Origin: Nemertoderma westbladi
Lineage: Eukaryota; Animalia; Xenacoelomorpha
DNA: 33,244 nt
Direction: 5' to 3'
Assembly: GCA_032718475.1 (NCBI GenBank)
Contig: JAUCBJ010008840.1
Coordinates: forward strand, 1 to 33,244
Shown: one piece after another, positions 1 through 11,667 of the stretch
Layout of the letters: every line of letters starts with the position of its first letter
How positions within the stretch are numbered: the first letter of the stretch is position 1
Notes under the pieces: model-generated
What the model was told of the DNA's origin: nothing
Database searches by the model: none
What the model saw: the letters and a program-made list of their open reading frames with translations, nothing else
Made by a program: the position numbers and the translations under genes

Positions 1-2
1 GC

Positions 3-617
3 GCCTACGAAGGAGTTTATGCGTTCCATCCATATTTGTTTGCCTCCGTCGAGCGGAAATCGCGCCTATCAAGTTATGAACTATTGAAGCGCGTTGGAGA
101 ATGTATTTCAACCAAATATGTACGCAAATTCCTCAGGAGCATTAATCCGAGTGACATCAATTCGTATAACTTAATAAACTTTATCCGTCAAGATCCGGCC
201 TATGGAGACTTATTTGTCAACTCACACCCTGAGTTACAGGAAGTATATCGACGGCCTTACGAGTACCGAGCCCGCGAACGCGAGTTGGAAAGAACCATTA
301 AACCAAGGAAGTTTCTAACTGCCTATGGTCCACCCACGGCCCTCGTTCAGACCACTCGTAAAGGACCCGTAAGAGCGGCTGTCTTGAAACGAGCTCTCAA
401 AGCCGTTAGACCCCTCTCCCCGGACGTTGATGTCAATCAACCCAGTACTTCGACCGGCGGATATACCGATCGCAATCCCATACCTTCTGATGCAATCATA
501 TTGCACCCTTCACCCAGGAGTTATAGCCCTCCTCGTAAAGTGGCTCGCCCCAAAGAGAAAAGGACTCTTGCTAGCTTTAAAAAGCTGCGTAAACGCCGTC
601 CGCGCAAGAAAGACTAA
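3..617 (+). CDS. 3' end of an unidentified ORF with a Pro/Ser-rich then highly basic C-terminus (possibly TE- or virus-derived)
   Basis: Frame is open from the window edge (AYEGVYAFHPYLF...) to TAA at 615-617. GC-richer than the flanks. Ends KKLRKRRPRKKD. No recognisable domain. Confidence 0.35.
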   Translation, partial: AYEGVYAFHPYLFASVERKSRLSSYELLKRVGECISTKYVRKFLRSINPSDINSYNLINFIRQDPAYGDLFVNSHPELQEVYRRPYEYRARERELERTIKPRKFLTAYGPPTALVQTTRKGPVRAAVLKRALKAVRPLSPDVDVNQPSTSTGGYTDRNPIPSDAIILHPSPRSYSPPRKVARPKEKRTLASFKKLRKRRPRKKD

Positions 618-893
618 CTGTTTAGAGTATTTTTATATTTTAGAAACTGTGATTTGGTATATTTTATAGACTTAAATCCCATTTTCTGGGAGCGGTGTAA
701 AAGCTTTTGTGGGATAACTGATACGTTTGCCTTTGCTGGCCAGTTCTCCCCCAGGCGCTGGAATACTCTAAAAAGGTTTTCTAACTGTATATATATTCCC
801 CTCGCCCGCAAGGTACCTTTACAGGTGTTTTAACGGACATAAAAATCATTCTGCTATATACGTGTTTTGGCGGACATGGTAAGGCAAAAAACT

Positions 894-1363
894 TGTAATG
901 CACCAACTACCTTTCACAGCTTAGCCGTGATGATTCATATTACGACATCTAGCAGCTGGTTGCTGACATGGAAACAGCCATTGGACGCGTGGTTCTTTGT
1001 TTGGCTTGGGCCAATCAGGGCGGTTTTTCCTGTCGACGTGTAGCTTTTCTGCCGATCATAAGGAGAGTGTTCAGTCTTACTGTTTTTTCTTGATACTTTG
1101 TTGTTATTGCTGTCTAAGCCAGAAACACCGGCATTTTTGGATAGATACTGCTGTACCGTAAACTGCTTGAATTATCGAAAGTATAAACTGTTACCTGACT
1201 TAAATCGCTCATCTCACCTTGATACTTTTAATTGCATTGATCATATTGTTTGTACTGTTATTTTACCGTCAGTCATTAATTGTAAATATTTGTTGATGGA
1301 AATATTGCTATTTGGATAATACGGATAAATCACCCAATTCCCAATTTTCTTGATAACACTACA
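894..1363 (+). mobile_element. possible LTR downstream of the orphan ORF
   Basis: TGTAAT...ACTACA termini, purine-rich stretch just upstream (ggtaaggcaaaaa), CCAAT/ATTGG boxes at ~979-1015. No partner LTR or TSD visible. Confidence 0.2.
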
Positions 1364-1949
1364 GGTTAGAGAGACCGGCTATATATAACAATTGCGATTT
1401 ATATTAATGTGGTGTGTATTGAATCCAATGTTATTTAGCAGACCCTACGTGAGTCAATTACTGCTCTCTTTATGTGTGATCAAATATACTGACTGTCGGC
1501 AGAATAGTGTGTATGATCGTGATTGGTAACAAAGTATTTCCTAAAGAATACGCTTTATACTTTAATCATAAGCAGTATCGTTGCGTTTTAGTATAAGTCC
1601 TAGCTCTGTTTAAATAGATAAAGCGCCACGTCCTAAAGGAACTGTTAATATTTCCCGAAAGCCAATAATATCTGTCAGAGATTAATTATTAACGATCTAT
1701 CGAATAATACATTAGGTATACACTGCAACCTTACACTGTAATAATACAATTCAAGCATCCGAATTCAGTCTCCCGGGTGTAGATCCATCGGGTGAATGAT
1801 CGCGCATGGGCTGATTTCGGCTAATGTTTTGCGTATTAGCATAAATTATTGTCGTATGCTAAAGTGGTTTTAATTAACTAAAAGACATATAAATTTTGGC
1901 AGGTTAAACTGCTAAAGGTCTTCAAAAGCGCGAACAGTTGTAATGTCCC

Positions 1950-2016
1950 TTGTTTATGTGGTAACCAATGACGGCGAGCTGTAAAGTTACGGCGTCATTG
2001 GTTACCACGTAAACAA
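1950..2016. repeat. near-perfect hairpin (24-bp arms, MITE-like palindrome)
   Basis: ttgtttatgtggtaaccaatgacg (1950-1973) versus cgtcattggttaccacgtaaacaa (1993-2016), 1 mismatch. The inner part pairs further around a gtaa loop. Confidence 0.8.
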
Positions 2017-2612
2017 TAGGTGGCATTTATAATTAATGATGTAATATTATGGTTTTAGTGTGTTATGAGTATATTTTATTATGATTATATGTTAGTATAT
2101 TATGGTATTATGGTTTCTTAGCAAGAATCTCCTCCGTATTTGGATTCTTTGTGAACACCATCTGTCTAGTATCCACGTACAGAAGAACGTTTAATTCACC
2201 AGCAATGCGAGTCACAATAGACCTGTGCCCCCAACGCCGTGGCGTCGCTTTAATTGCGTTAATGAATCTGACATAATAATTATTATACAGTACAGTTTAT
2301 TTTAAGTTAAATTGGCCATTTAATTAGGTCCCGGCACCAAAATGTAAGGGATATACCCAAACATGAAACAGTACGACACTGTCAAATATAATAATACGTA
2401 AAAGGTCTCATAAACTAATAACAATAATAAATAATATATATAATATATAAATATAATAAATATATATATATATAGATATATATAATTAATTATACCGGTA
2501 TAACGGATTGAAAACAACCGTGAGGGTAAGATCCGGTTTGTAAATATAACAAAAATATTATGCTATAAAGCAAAATAAAAACCAATATCTTACAAGAAGA
2601 AAATATTTCTTT

Positions 2613-2649
2613 TACAAATTTTCGACTCGACATGAGTCTTATTCATGTA
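2613..2649 (-). ncRNA. minimal type I hammerhead ribozyme-like motif (copy in left arm)
   Basis: Exact reverse complement of 3491-3527. Confidence 0.6.
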
Positions 2650-2967
2650 TTTATTTCCATAAATATGATTACTGTACATTCTAATAAATATTGTTGCCTA
2701 GGTTATTATAAATGTATATAATTGAATTTCTTATTATTCAATGTGAGATATTAATCAGTCTGGTTTGAACGTTTCCATTCCTTTAGAATTAATCACGGCT
2801 TCGTTTATTGAGTTTAAACCATATGGCTCAAGCGTCTGCAAGTTTGTCTGGTAGTAACCCTCTTTTCTTCTCAGTGCCTGTTTCAATGTTTTGCTATTTA
2901 GATTTGTAACTCTCTCTATGGGTGTTATCCTAAAGTCGTTGAAGTTGTGGTCTGCTTGGATAAAGTG

Positions 2968-3385
2968 TTCGCATCAACAGCCAGGAATAAAAAGTTTAAA
3001 TACAAGATAAATGAAAATTTAACATGTGACACGAAAAATGTAATTTATTTAGTAAACTGTCTTAAATACAGAAAACAGGGGGTCGGATCAGCAATGAACT
3101 TCAAGGCAAGAATATCTAATTACAAATCACAAATAACAAACAAGAAAAAACCATCTTGTAAAATTCACCAGCACTTTATCCAAGCAGACCACAACTTCAA
3201 CGACTTTAGGATAACACCCATAGAGAGAGTTACAAATCTAAATAGCGAAACATTGAAACAGGCACAGAGAAGAAAAGAGGGTTACTAGCGCGCCAAACTT
3301 GCAGACGCTTGAGCCATATGGTTTAAACTCAATAAACGAAGCCGTGATTAATTCTAAAGGAATGGAAGCGTTCAAACCAGACTGA
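2968..3385 (+). pseudogene. Penelope GIY-YIG endonuclease domain, 5'-truncated, disrupted near 3286
   Basis: NLTCDTKNVIYLVNC...KQGVGS...R...Y...HQHF. The left-arm copy preserves the original end EGYYQTNLQTLEPYGLN...KPD*. Confidence 0.85.
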
Positions 3386-3490
3386 TTAATATCTCACATT
3401 GAATAATAAGAAATTCAATTATATACATTTATAATAACCTAGGCAACAATATTTATTAGAATGTACAGTAATCATATTTATGGAAATAAA

Positions 3491-3527
3491 TACATGAATA
3501 AGACTCATGTCGAGTCGAAAATTTGTA
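3491..3527 (+). ncRNA. minimal type I hammerhead ribozyme-like motif with variant core
   Basis: UAC-AUGAAUA-A-GACUC(AUGUC)GAGUC-GAAA-AU-UU-GUA: 3-bp stem I, 5-bp stem II, palindromic AAUU stem III, located in the Penelope 3' UTR. Confidence 0.6.
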
Positions 3528-3555
3528 AAAGAAATATTTTCTTCTTGTAAGATAT

Positions 3556-3763
3556 CAGATGGCATACAAGAATATTGTCCTTCAATGTCTGTATCTATAA
3601 TGATACCCATTAGTATATATTTATATCAAAAGAATTCCGAATATTTATTATGAATATCCATAGTAAATTTACATAGTAAACTGCACAAGTTGTTTATTAA
3701 ATTGCCTAAATAATTAATCTATTTTATATTACCTATCTAAAGTCACAAACGAAGTAAATACTT
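3556..3763. mobile_element. 208-bp insertion in the right Penelope arm, flanked by an 11-bp duplication
   Basis: TTGTAAGATAT at 3545-3555 and 3764-3774. The uninterrupted left arm has a single copy. Confidence 0.7.
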
Positions 3764-3964
3764 TTGTAAGATATTGGTTTTTATTTTGCTTTATAGCATA
3801 TTATTGTTGTTATATAGATATATATATATAGAGAATATCGTTTATTTGAAAAAGATAGAGAGAGCTATAGAAACCTAACAATAAAAAATAAATTTTTAGT
3901 GATTGATCAAATAAGTTGTCACCTTTTGAATTGTTAAAATATTATTATATTTATATATATATAT

Positions 3965-4015
3965 AATGCAGCTGCAATGCAGCTGCAATGCAGCATGTCG
4001 ATTGTAGTAGTAGTA
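3965..4015 (+). mobile_element. extremely 5'-truncated 3' tip of the RTE family seen at 27743-29711
   Basis: aatgcagctgcaatgcagcatgtcgattgtagtagtagta matches the reverse complement of ~27743-27785, including the (TAG)n tail. Confidence 0.7.
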
Positions 4016-4930
4016 CTAACAATTTATATAATGGTTTCTTCAAAAAGGCAGAGCTAAATGCTACTAAATACACATACTGTACAAAAAAAAAAGGAAAAAC
4101 TAAAAAATGTAAGAAGGTAGATCTATTGATCCTTCTTTACACTACTGGCCTACACAAAAGCCAAGTAGGGTTTATTGCTGGCAATTACTTGCTTATATTT
4201 GTTTGTGCACATTAATATAGGCTTGGAAGGGAACGTGCTCTACTTGGTGGTCACTACGATCAAAGAAATGTATCGATTATTTGGGTTCTTATTTCGGTTA
4301 TTAAATATTAAAGGATTTAAAATTAAGTTCACGCTGGATAAATAAAGCATGCAGGTGGGAGGGGGGGGGGGGGGGTAGTCAAGAAATTCTGCCTGCATGG
4401 CATTCCATCTCTGGCAGCCCTGCAGTCAACCATTCCTTCTACACAGCTAGGTACTCCAGCAAGCAGGAAGATTTCACCAGCGATCTCTAATCTGTTGACC
4501 AATAACTGAGCAGTAATAGATATTCTTCCTATTTCGATTATCAGCGTAAAAATCGTTTTAGCGCGCCCAAATGTTAACGACATTTAAAAATTATTTTTTC
4601 TACTGATTCCTCTTTTAATAAATCAAAAACACGTATTTTTTATATTTCGAAATTCGGTATAGTTCGAAATTCGAAATTCACTAATTACGGGTGTTTGAAC
4701 AGAAGCAGCGATGATATTTCGCAGCTTTTCGCGCTTCTCGACGCTGTAACTTTCGACCAGTTTCGAAATTCGAAAATCTGACAGACACGGGGTGTTAGAT
4801 TTAGATTAGCTTTCGAACGGTCTACTCGGCGATCCGCTAGACCCACGAGAAGTCTTTTCCCGTGTCAGTTTAGTTGAAGATTTTAATTTCGATTATGGCT
4901 TCCGACATTTATGGCTTCCGACACACTCAC

Positions 4931-4961
<31 letters not shown>

Positions 4962-6309
4962 TAGGAACTTTTGAAAAACGGCCATAGTATAATTATATCA
5001 GTTCGCAGATGGCTCGGCAACACTTCGTGACTCGCCCCACAATATATTAATTGTAACAATCGATTCATCATACAGCAAAGAGTGGTTTCAGCGTTTACTA
5101 TTTTTGGAAACATATAAAACGGGGAAAATCTAAGACTTTGAGGTATATTCTGCTGGGCTACCTTCTAACAACTACTCTAGACCTACTGTCATACTTAAAT
5201 ATCCAATTTAGTACACGGTATAGTAGATTTTGCAACAGAGAAATATAGTAATGGATGAGTAATTATTCGCTGTACAGAAGAACGCAAATACGTACTGTAG
5301 AACTTAACGGAGACCGCATGCCGCTAGTAGAGTTAGAGGATTAATGATTTATATAAGGATAGGCCTACAAAGTGTTTAGAAGCACTGAAGCAAAAATGTA
5401 AGATCAATAATATAAATGAGTTACTGGTAAACCATCTACATAATATATAATACAACTCAGCTTATACAGTAAAAGCAAAAAACACATTAATTATGCAACA
5501 TATTGCATTTACTAACTACAGTATATAGGGGGCCTAGGTCTAATGCATTACGAAATATAATTATTAATTAGCTTTACTGCATAATTTATGGGGCCTCCCT
5601 AAAATAAGTTTAAAACAGCCAACTACAATACCAGTAGTAAAGCTTTCGTCTGAGGTAGTGAAACAAGAGTAACTGATACAATAGTTAATTATTTCAGGAT
5701 AGTCATAAATAACGAAAATAACGAAAAAGGCAAAATTAACAACGAAAATATCGACATTATCAAACTATCTACAAAATTTCGCTCTCCTGTAATATAGGTA
5801 TTATTAAAAGGCACACTTTACATTTTTTAATTAATATAATTCGATAACTTCGCCCCATTTTCGCATTAAGGAAACGATTTTGAACATTTCTTCGGCGAAG
5901 ATCGCGAAATTTTGCAAACGTCGCGATTTTTTTCTAATGAATATTGCTCAATTTTCTCCAACTCATATACTCACGGCACCTGAGTTCAATGCTCCCCCTT
6001 GATAATTTATTTACATTCCTCAGTTTATCATTTATACTAACCTGTTATTACTTTATACTTACGAACTGTTTCCCAATAACTGTGAAAATAATATGGATAA
6101 GAAAATTAACTTAAATAATTAATTTTCATTATTCCTGGAATTTAACAAATGATTAAATCACAATCATATAAAGTTATTTTATAGTCCTATAAAGTAACAA
6201 TATGCCTAGAGTCAAATAAATAATGTTCAATATATGTAATATATATTTTTCATTATTATATTCAAACATTTTATATCACTATAAAAGATTTCTTCCTCTA
6301 CGTAATTTA

Positions 6310-7320
6310 TCGTTCACAATATAGGAAGGTCGTATGCAAGTATAAATCGATTAATATCCTCGTTAACTTCAATAGGAACGCTTCTTGTTGTAATATGGAA
6401 ATTTAGTATCTTTTCTGTTTCTTGAACGTTATTTCTTTCAAGTCTTTCTCGCTCATTTGTCATTGTAATTTATGCGCTCGATACATTTTGCAATATCCAT
6501 CGTCCGAGGTCGTCCAATCCCACAGTTCCTGCCAATATGATTTTCTGCGCTTACTTTTGCTGAAGCAGCCATTAAGTAAAGTTAGTTCCGTTTCTCCATA
6601 TATGACACTCCTGTTCCTGTGTGAACAAGAGGAATCCGAGGTGTAGGCTGTGTCTGTTGTTTCTTCTATATGTAATCTTTCCTCCAGCCGTGTAAGATTC
6701 AAACTTCGTTAGCCATTTCTTTCTTAGCACTCAGATCCTTTGTGTCTTCTGAATCCACATGCCATACACCATGTATTTAACAGGTTGCACGCTGCTAACA
6801 AGTGATCGTATCGGCCGCAATATACGCATTGTGTGTGTGTCGTGTCATCTTTGTTTCTGTTGATATACAAGCTATTTTCATGTGATGTAAACTCCCGCAA
6901 AATCCACATCCTGGGTTTGTTATACCTCTGATCCAACCGATGTTCCCTCGGATCTCCTGTTGTCTTCTTTGGATTTGTGATCCGTATTATATCTCGGTCC
7001 TTCGTATCGAGTGTGCTGGGCTACTTACTGTTAGAGCCTCTTCAACTGTTGCTTGTTTATGACTTCTTGTTCTATCAACTTCCTTTGGGCTTCCTTACTT
7101 TTGCGTAGTACAGTAAATCCATGACCGTTTGTTCCAACATACCACATTTCTCCATATAGTATGTCTCCTCCCGTCATCATTCGGAGAAAGCTCACAGTCC
7201 ATGTTTATCCCAAAATAAATTGGAATTCTCTGATGACGTTCCCAGGTTCCCACTTGTCGTACCGCGATTCCTTTTCCAAGGTATTTAATGTTATTTAAAC
7301 AGAACAAACAGTAGTTGGCC
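6310..7320 (-). pseudogene. highly decayed LTR-retrotransposon gag-protease remnant
   Basis: Two CX2CX4HX4C knuckles (CVYCGRYDHLLAAC, CMACGFRRHKGSEC) followed, in a shifted frame at ~6595-6630, by LVHTGTGVSYM (a degenerate retropepsin LVDTGA motif). Many stops. Confidence 0.6.
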
Positions 7321-7322
7321 AA

Positions 7323-7546
7323 AGCCGGAGCTGACCCAAAGGCTCCTCCTCCTCCAAAGGTCCCAAATAGCTGCTACCTGAGGGTAGGGGTGGGCGCTAC
7401 TCCTATCCCAAGATTTGCTCCCAGTTGTTTAAATAGTACTCATTTTATCGACCCCAGTGGATGAAAGGCTGAGTGGACCCTGGGGGGGCAGAACCTACAA
7501 CCAATAGATTTCTGGCCCGGTGCTGAACCAACTGAGCTACACTGCT
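7323..7546 (-). mobile_element. tRNA-derived SINE with a conserved central domain (Meta-domain-like)
   Basis: A box TAGCTCAGTTGG, degenerate B box GGTTCTGCCC, then ACTCAGCCTTTCATCC...GGGGTCGATAAAATGAGTAC, which I recognise as a widespread metazoan SINE body motif. Confidence 0.8.
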
Positions 7547-7559
7547 GTCCATCCATAAT

Positions 7560-10500
7560 GGGAATTAATGGGCAATATTCCTAAGATACCTGCAGGGTAA
7601 TACTAAAAAATGTACAATAATAAATGCACAGAAATAAATATATTTACTACTATAAAGTCTGGGTAAAAGTTCTATAGACTGTATAATGAACCAGACGTAA
7701 AAGAATCGTACTCCCATCTTAAATAACTCGATAATAACTGCTAATTTAATGTTACCAGGGAGATCACTCCACCGATGCAGGCACTGCACACTGAAAAATT
7801 TGTCTCTGATATCAAGTCGTGGTATCGGGATGAGGCAAACCCCCAGGGTGGGGGTTTGACCAAGTTGAGTGGATTGCAGGAGATCCTGATGGATTGCTGG
7901 CTAAGGTCAGCAGCCAGGGAGAACCATTTATGATGAGGGATAGGAATGATACCATGGAGAAACTTCAAGACTTGGCTCATATCCCATCTGTCCTTTCTGT
8001 ATTGTAGTATGGGTAGACAAACTTTCTTCAACTGAGCCTTGTAGGTCGAGGTAGACAACCCAGAAATCATGCGATCAACGAGCTGCTGCACTGAATCCAA
8101 GAGGGTATTATCACCCTGTAACCATGGCGACCAAGCTTGAACACAATATTCCAGGTGAGTATGAACATACTGCTTGTAGAGTTTAACCCAAGTGTACTTA
8201 TCTTGATAGTGGAAAGTACGAGACATCTGGCCGAGAACCAGGTTTGCCTTCTTCGCAGCAGCCGTGCACTGAAGAGATGGCTATAGAGAATGACTCACCA
8301 AGACCCCAACATCCTTTTCTACGTCAACGGACTCTAGGACAGTTCCAGCAGGAGCAATTCCTCCCATGGTGTAAGAGTATTGATTATTATTCCTACCAAT
8401 ATGTAACACATGACATTTCGAATGATTGAACATCATCTGCCAATCATTGGACCACATTAATAGGTTATCATTATCAGCCTGGAGAAGTAATCAGAGTTTA
8501 TTACATACACCGCCAATCTTAGTATCGTCATCGAATTTAAATATAAAATGCATTAGATTTTTAATAGCCTTGTCAATGTCATGAATAAACATTACAAATA
8601 AATAATAACGGCTCAAGGACAGAACCTTGAGGTACACTAGAGACAAACTTAGACCAACTGGAATAGCAACTATTAAGCACAATGCGCTGAAGAGGACCAT
8701 GTAGCCAAGCCGCAATCCCATGATGAAGAGATCTACTGATACCAAGGGAATCAAGTTTGTACATCAAACGTTCATGAGGTACCTTGTCAAAAGCTTTACT
8801 AAAGTAAAGCAATACAGATCAACAGAGTGACCTTCGTCAACCAAAGTAGATATCCACTCAAGATACTCTAACAGGTTAGTCAGACATGACTTACTGGGAA
8901 CAAAGCCATGCTGTGAAGGGAGTATTAGATTATTAAGGACTAAATCGGACAAAAGTGTACTTAACAATAGCTTCCATTTCCATGGTCTTACAGACAACTG
9001 ATGTAACGGAATTAACCTGTAGTTACCTAGTACGGATTTACTACCCTTCTTATATACAGGAGTTACATTTTCCCTACACCAACCTTCCGGAACAATACCT
9101 TTGGCCATCGACATAGTGAAAGTCGTACAGAGTGGATCAGCTATGATGTCAACAACTGCTTTAAGGATGTTAGAAAATACCTTATCAGGACCAGGGGCTG
9201 TAGAGGAATGCAATATGTTTATCTTTTCCTTTAGTATAGATAGATGGGGTAAATTCTACCAAAGACAGTGTAGCATCATTGCCAATGTTTGAATTAATAT
9301 TAGATTTACGGTTTGGAAGGGTAAATAGGTCATCGACAGTGAACACAGATATTAAGTGGTCGTTAAGTATTGTAGCAACTTTATCATTATTATGTACAAT
9401 TACACCATTAACTTTGATAGGCCCGACTGATACGCAATTACTTGAATTGGATTTAATATAGGAATAAAAAGCCCTGGGGTTCTTTTTACAATCCCTCCTG
9501 CTAGACGCTTTCAAACCTCTTTTTAGCACTATTAACAGCATTTTTAACAAATCTTTCAAACTATTAATGCCAAGCCATAAATTCATCATAATCCTTGGTA
9601 GTTTTGTACACTTTCCATAAATGCCGTTTTTTCCGAATAATGCGCAAAACATTAGGTCTCATCCAAATAGGTTTTTAAGAGGAACAGAGTCTTCCTGAGC
9701 CTCATGTAACCTAAGTTTAAATCTACACCAAACTTCCTCAGTCCCCAGACCCTCGAGATCGATATCCCAATCTACAGCAGATAGGTTTTCCCTAAGTTTA
9801 TCGATATCACCCTTGCACCAATCAGGTACAAGGTCATATGTACAGTTAGATTGAAACTTCCCCAAAACTTCAACAGTCAACATTGTGTGACCGCTGCTAC
9901 CTAGTTTTCCCACATCACAGACAGCATGGATGGGGTTGGGTTCACTAGAAGCCACTGAATCAGGTGTCGTTTTACCCTCGAAGGTGGGGAAGTTTACATG
10001 TTGTATCAAAAAACAATCCTGGACAGTGGCCAAAGAAATTGGAATTGTCACCCATACAAGCACATAAAACTTCCCAATCAATATAGGAGTAATAGAAATC
10101 ACCAATACATACAAATGGTTTGGGCAGCATCCTAATTATATCACACAATATTATTAGTATGCAGAGAGGTATTCGTATTATGTTATGTAGCCTACTATTA
10201 GGTCTATATACAATCAAAAGTGACAGGTTATATTTACCAGAAATTGTTAAACAACAGCACTTAATACTGTATTTCAATGTTGGAGCTGAGACTGAGTATA
10301 CAATATACTAACAAACCACCCCCAATACACTTGTGACCTGTCCTGCCTATATACAATATTGTAGCCGGGAATAGACAAGTACGCTGTTGTATGAGGATCA
10401 TTGGTCCAAGTCTCATTTAAGCATATAAGATCTGGTAACTGATCAACAGCTACACAATTAAGTTCAATTATCTTATTAATAACACTTGTAACATTACTAT

Positions 10501-10650
10501 ATAATAAGTTAAGTAGTCCTAAGTTATTACTGGAACACAGGTTAATGGTGTTTGCTTTTGGGTAATATGCATTGCCGCATCCACTGGCTGCTGAATGGCT
10601 TGTGGTATCTGAAAGGCTGGAGGCCGATAGAATAAGTTTAGTGGCGGTTG
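7560..10650 (-). mobile_element. CR1 LINE, degenerate ORF2 (APE endonuclease + RT) and 3' UTR
   Basis: LYSNVTSVINK...LNETW (~10500), GDF, PGPD, VTPVYKKG, QHGF...SCLTNLL, FSKAFDKVPH, VPQGSVL, FDDDTK, HLEYCVQAWSP. Multiple frameshifts. Confidence 0.92.
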
Positions 10651-10657
10651 TTCGTAA

Positions 10658-11213
10658 TGTCAGAATACAATAATAGCACAGTCAAAATACAATAATAGCA
10701 CAGTTACTGACGATGACGACGGTTTAAACCATCTTGCTTCCACAGCTCTACACAAACCAACTGAACAACAGGTAATAAAGGCAACAGTTATAATACTAAC
10801 ACATATGGAATACTGCTACTTGGTACGTGGCCTGGCCAATGGATGCATCCCAATCTGATGGTGTTCTGCCCCACCATTGGCTAACCTATTACTCCTTCCT
10901 TTGGCACTCCCTGTTCCCTTATACCCACATGCTAGGTCCCTACGCCCCCCCGAGGTGGCATGTAGCCTCTCATCTCTCCTTGTGGCTGGCAATGTATATT
11001 GCCTCCTTTGGTTGTTAGGTGACATTATATTGGTAATGTCACCTAGCCAACTATAATTGGTAAATAGCCACTTTCCCCATTTTCCGCTGGGTAGTGCAGC
11101 GAATTGGATTCGCTCACAGTAATGTTTTACATACTTAGTATTATGTGTGTTTGTTTGTTTGTTGGGAATATAAATATATGGTACTCTACTATGTATTACA
11201 TCTGGTCCTCACA
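10658..11213 (+). mobile_element. solo-LTR-like structured element, copy A
   Basis: TGTCAG...GTCCTCACA ends, CCATTGGCTAA, 12-bp perfect hairpin at 11016-11045. Same motif order as 19081-19886. Confidence 0.4.
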
Positions 11214-11218
11214 CGGCT

Positions 11219-11403
11219 GTAATGTTGTCTATATAAGCATCTGTAATATTTTTGTATGATAATGTGCTGTCTTATTTTGAGGGTGATGGTTGATATTTTG
11301 ATTTGTAAGTCTCATTTTTTTAACCAGTATCAATTTAATACTTGTTTAGTGCATATTACCAATGTTAGTTATGTGAAGACAATAAACAATCAATCAATCA
11401 ATC
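11219..11403 (+). mobile_element. LINE 3' tail fragment (L2-group-like) inserted in the CR1
   Basis: Ends AATAAA-(CAAT)n at ~11382-11403, directly against the CR1 ORF1 fragment. Confidence 0.5.
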
Positions 11404-11665
11404 TCCTTGTCTCCCAATGACCTTGAGTACCCAGATTTCCAGGCCATCCTCCCCAAGCCGAAGCTTATTAAGTTTGGCTGCTTCAAATCTCACAGCATCA
11501 TCATCCTTCCTTTGCATCGGAGTAAGATTCGGAGAGACTACCACATTGTTCAACTGCTCATTGACAGTCGCCAGATTATGGGCCCCATCTAACAATGACT
11601 CCCATAATGCGATATCTTTAAAACCAAGAACACTGCACCATATGGTCTATCCGTACAGAGGGGAA
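11404..11665 (-). pseudogene. CR1-type ORF1 C-terminal fragment, probably the 5' part of the 7560-10650 element
   Basis: LLDGAHNL...NVVVSPNLTPMQRKDD resembles the I-S-P-D-L-T-x-x-Q-R motif of CR1 ORF1. Same strand, upstream of ORF2. Confidence 0.6.
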
Positions 11666-11667
11666 CA

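Larger units (their letters stand above)
2544..3815. mobile_element. Penelope-like retroelement 3' end in inverted (fold-back) pseudo-LTR arrangement
   Basis: 2585-2967 is the reverse complement of 3172-3555, and 2544-2595 of 3764-3815. Encodes a GIY-YIG endonuclease C-terminus and carries a hammerhead motif. Inverted partial duplication is typical of Penelope-like elements. Confidence 0.85.

Noticed and set aside
6310-7322. Tightly packed small ORFs with an ATGA overlap at ~6460 that looked virus-like
   Set aside because: The 6724-6936 and 6460-6702 ORFs share one frame split by stops, and the knuckle-knuckle-protease order fits a decayed gag-pro.
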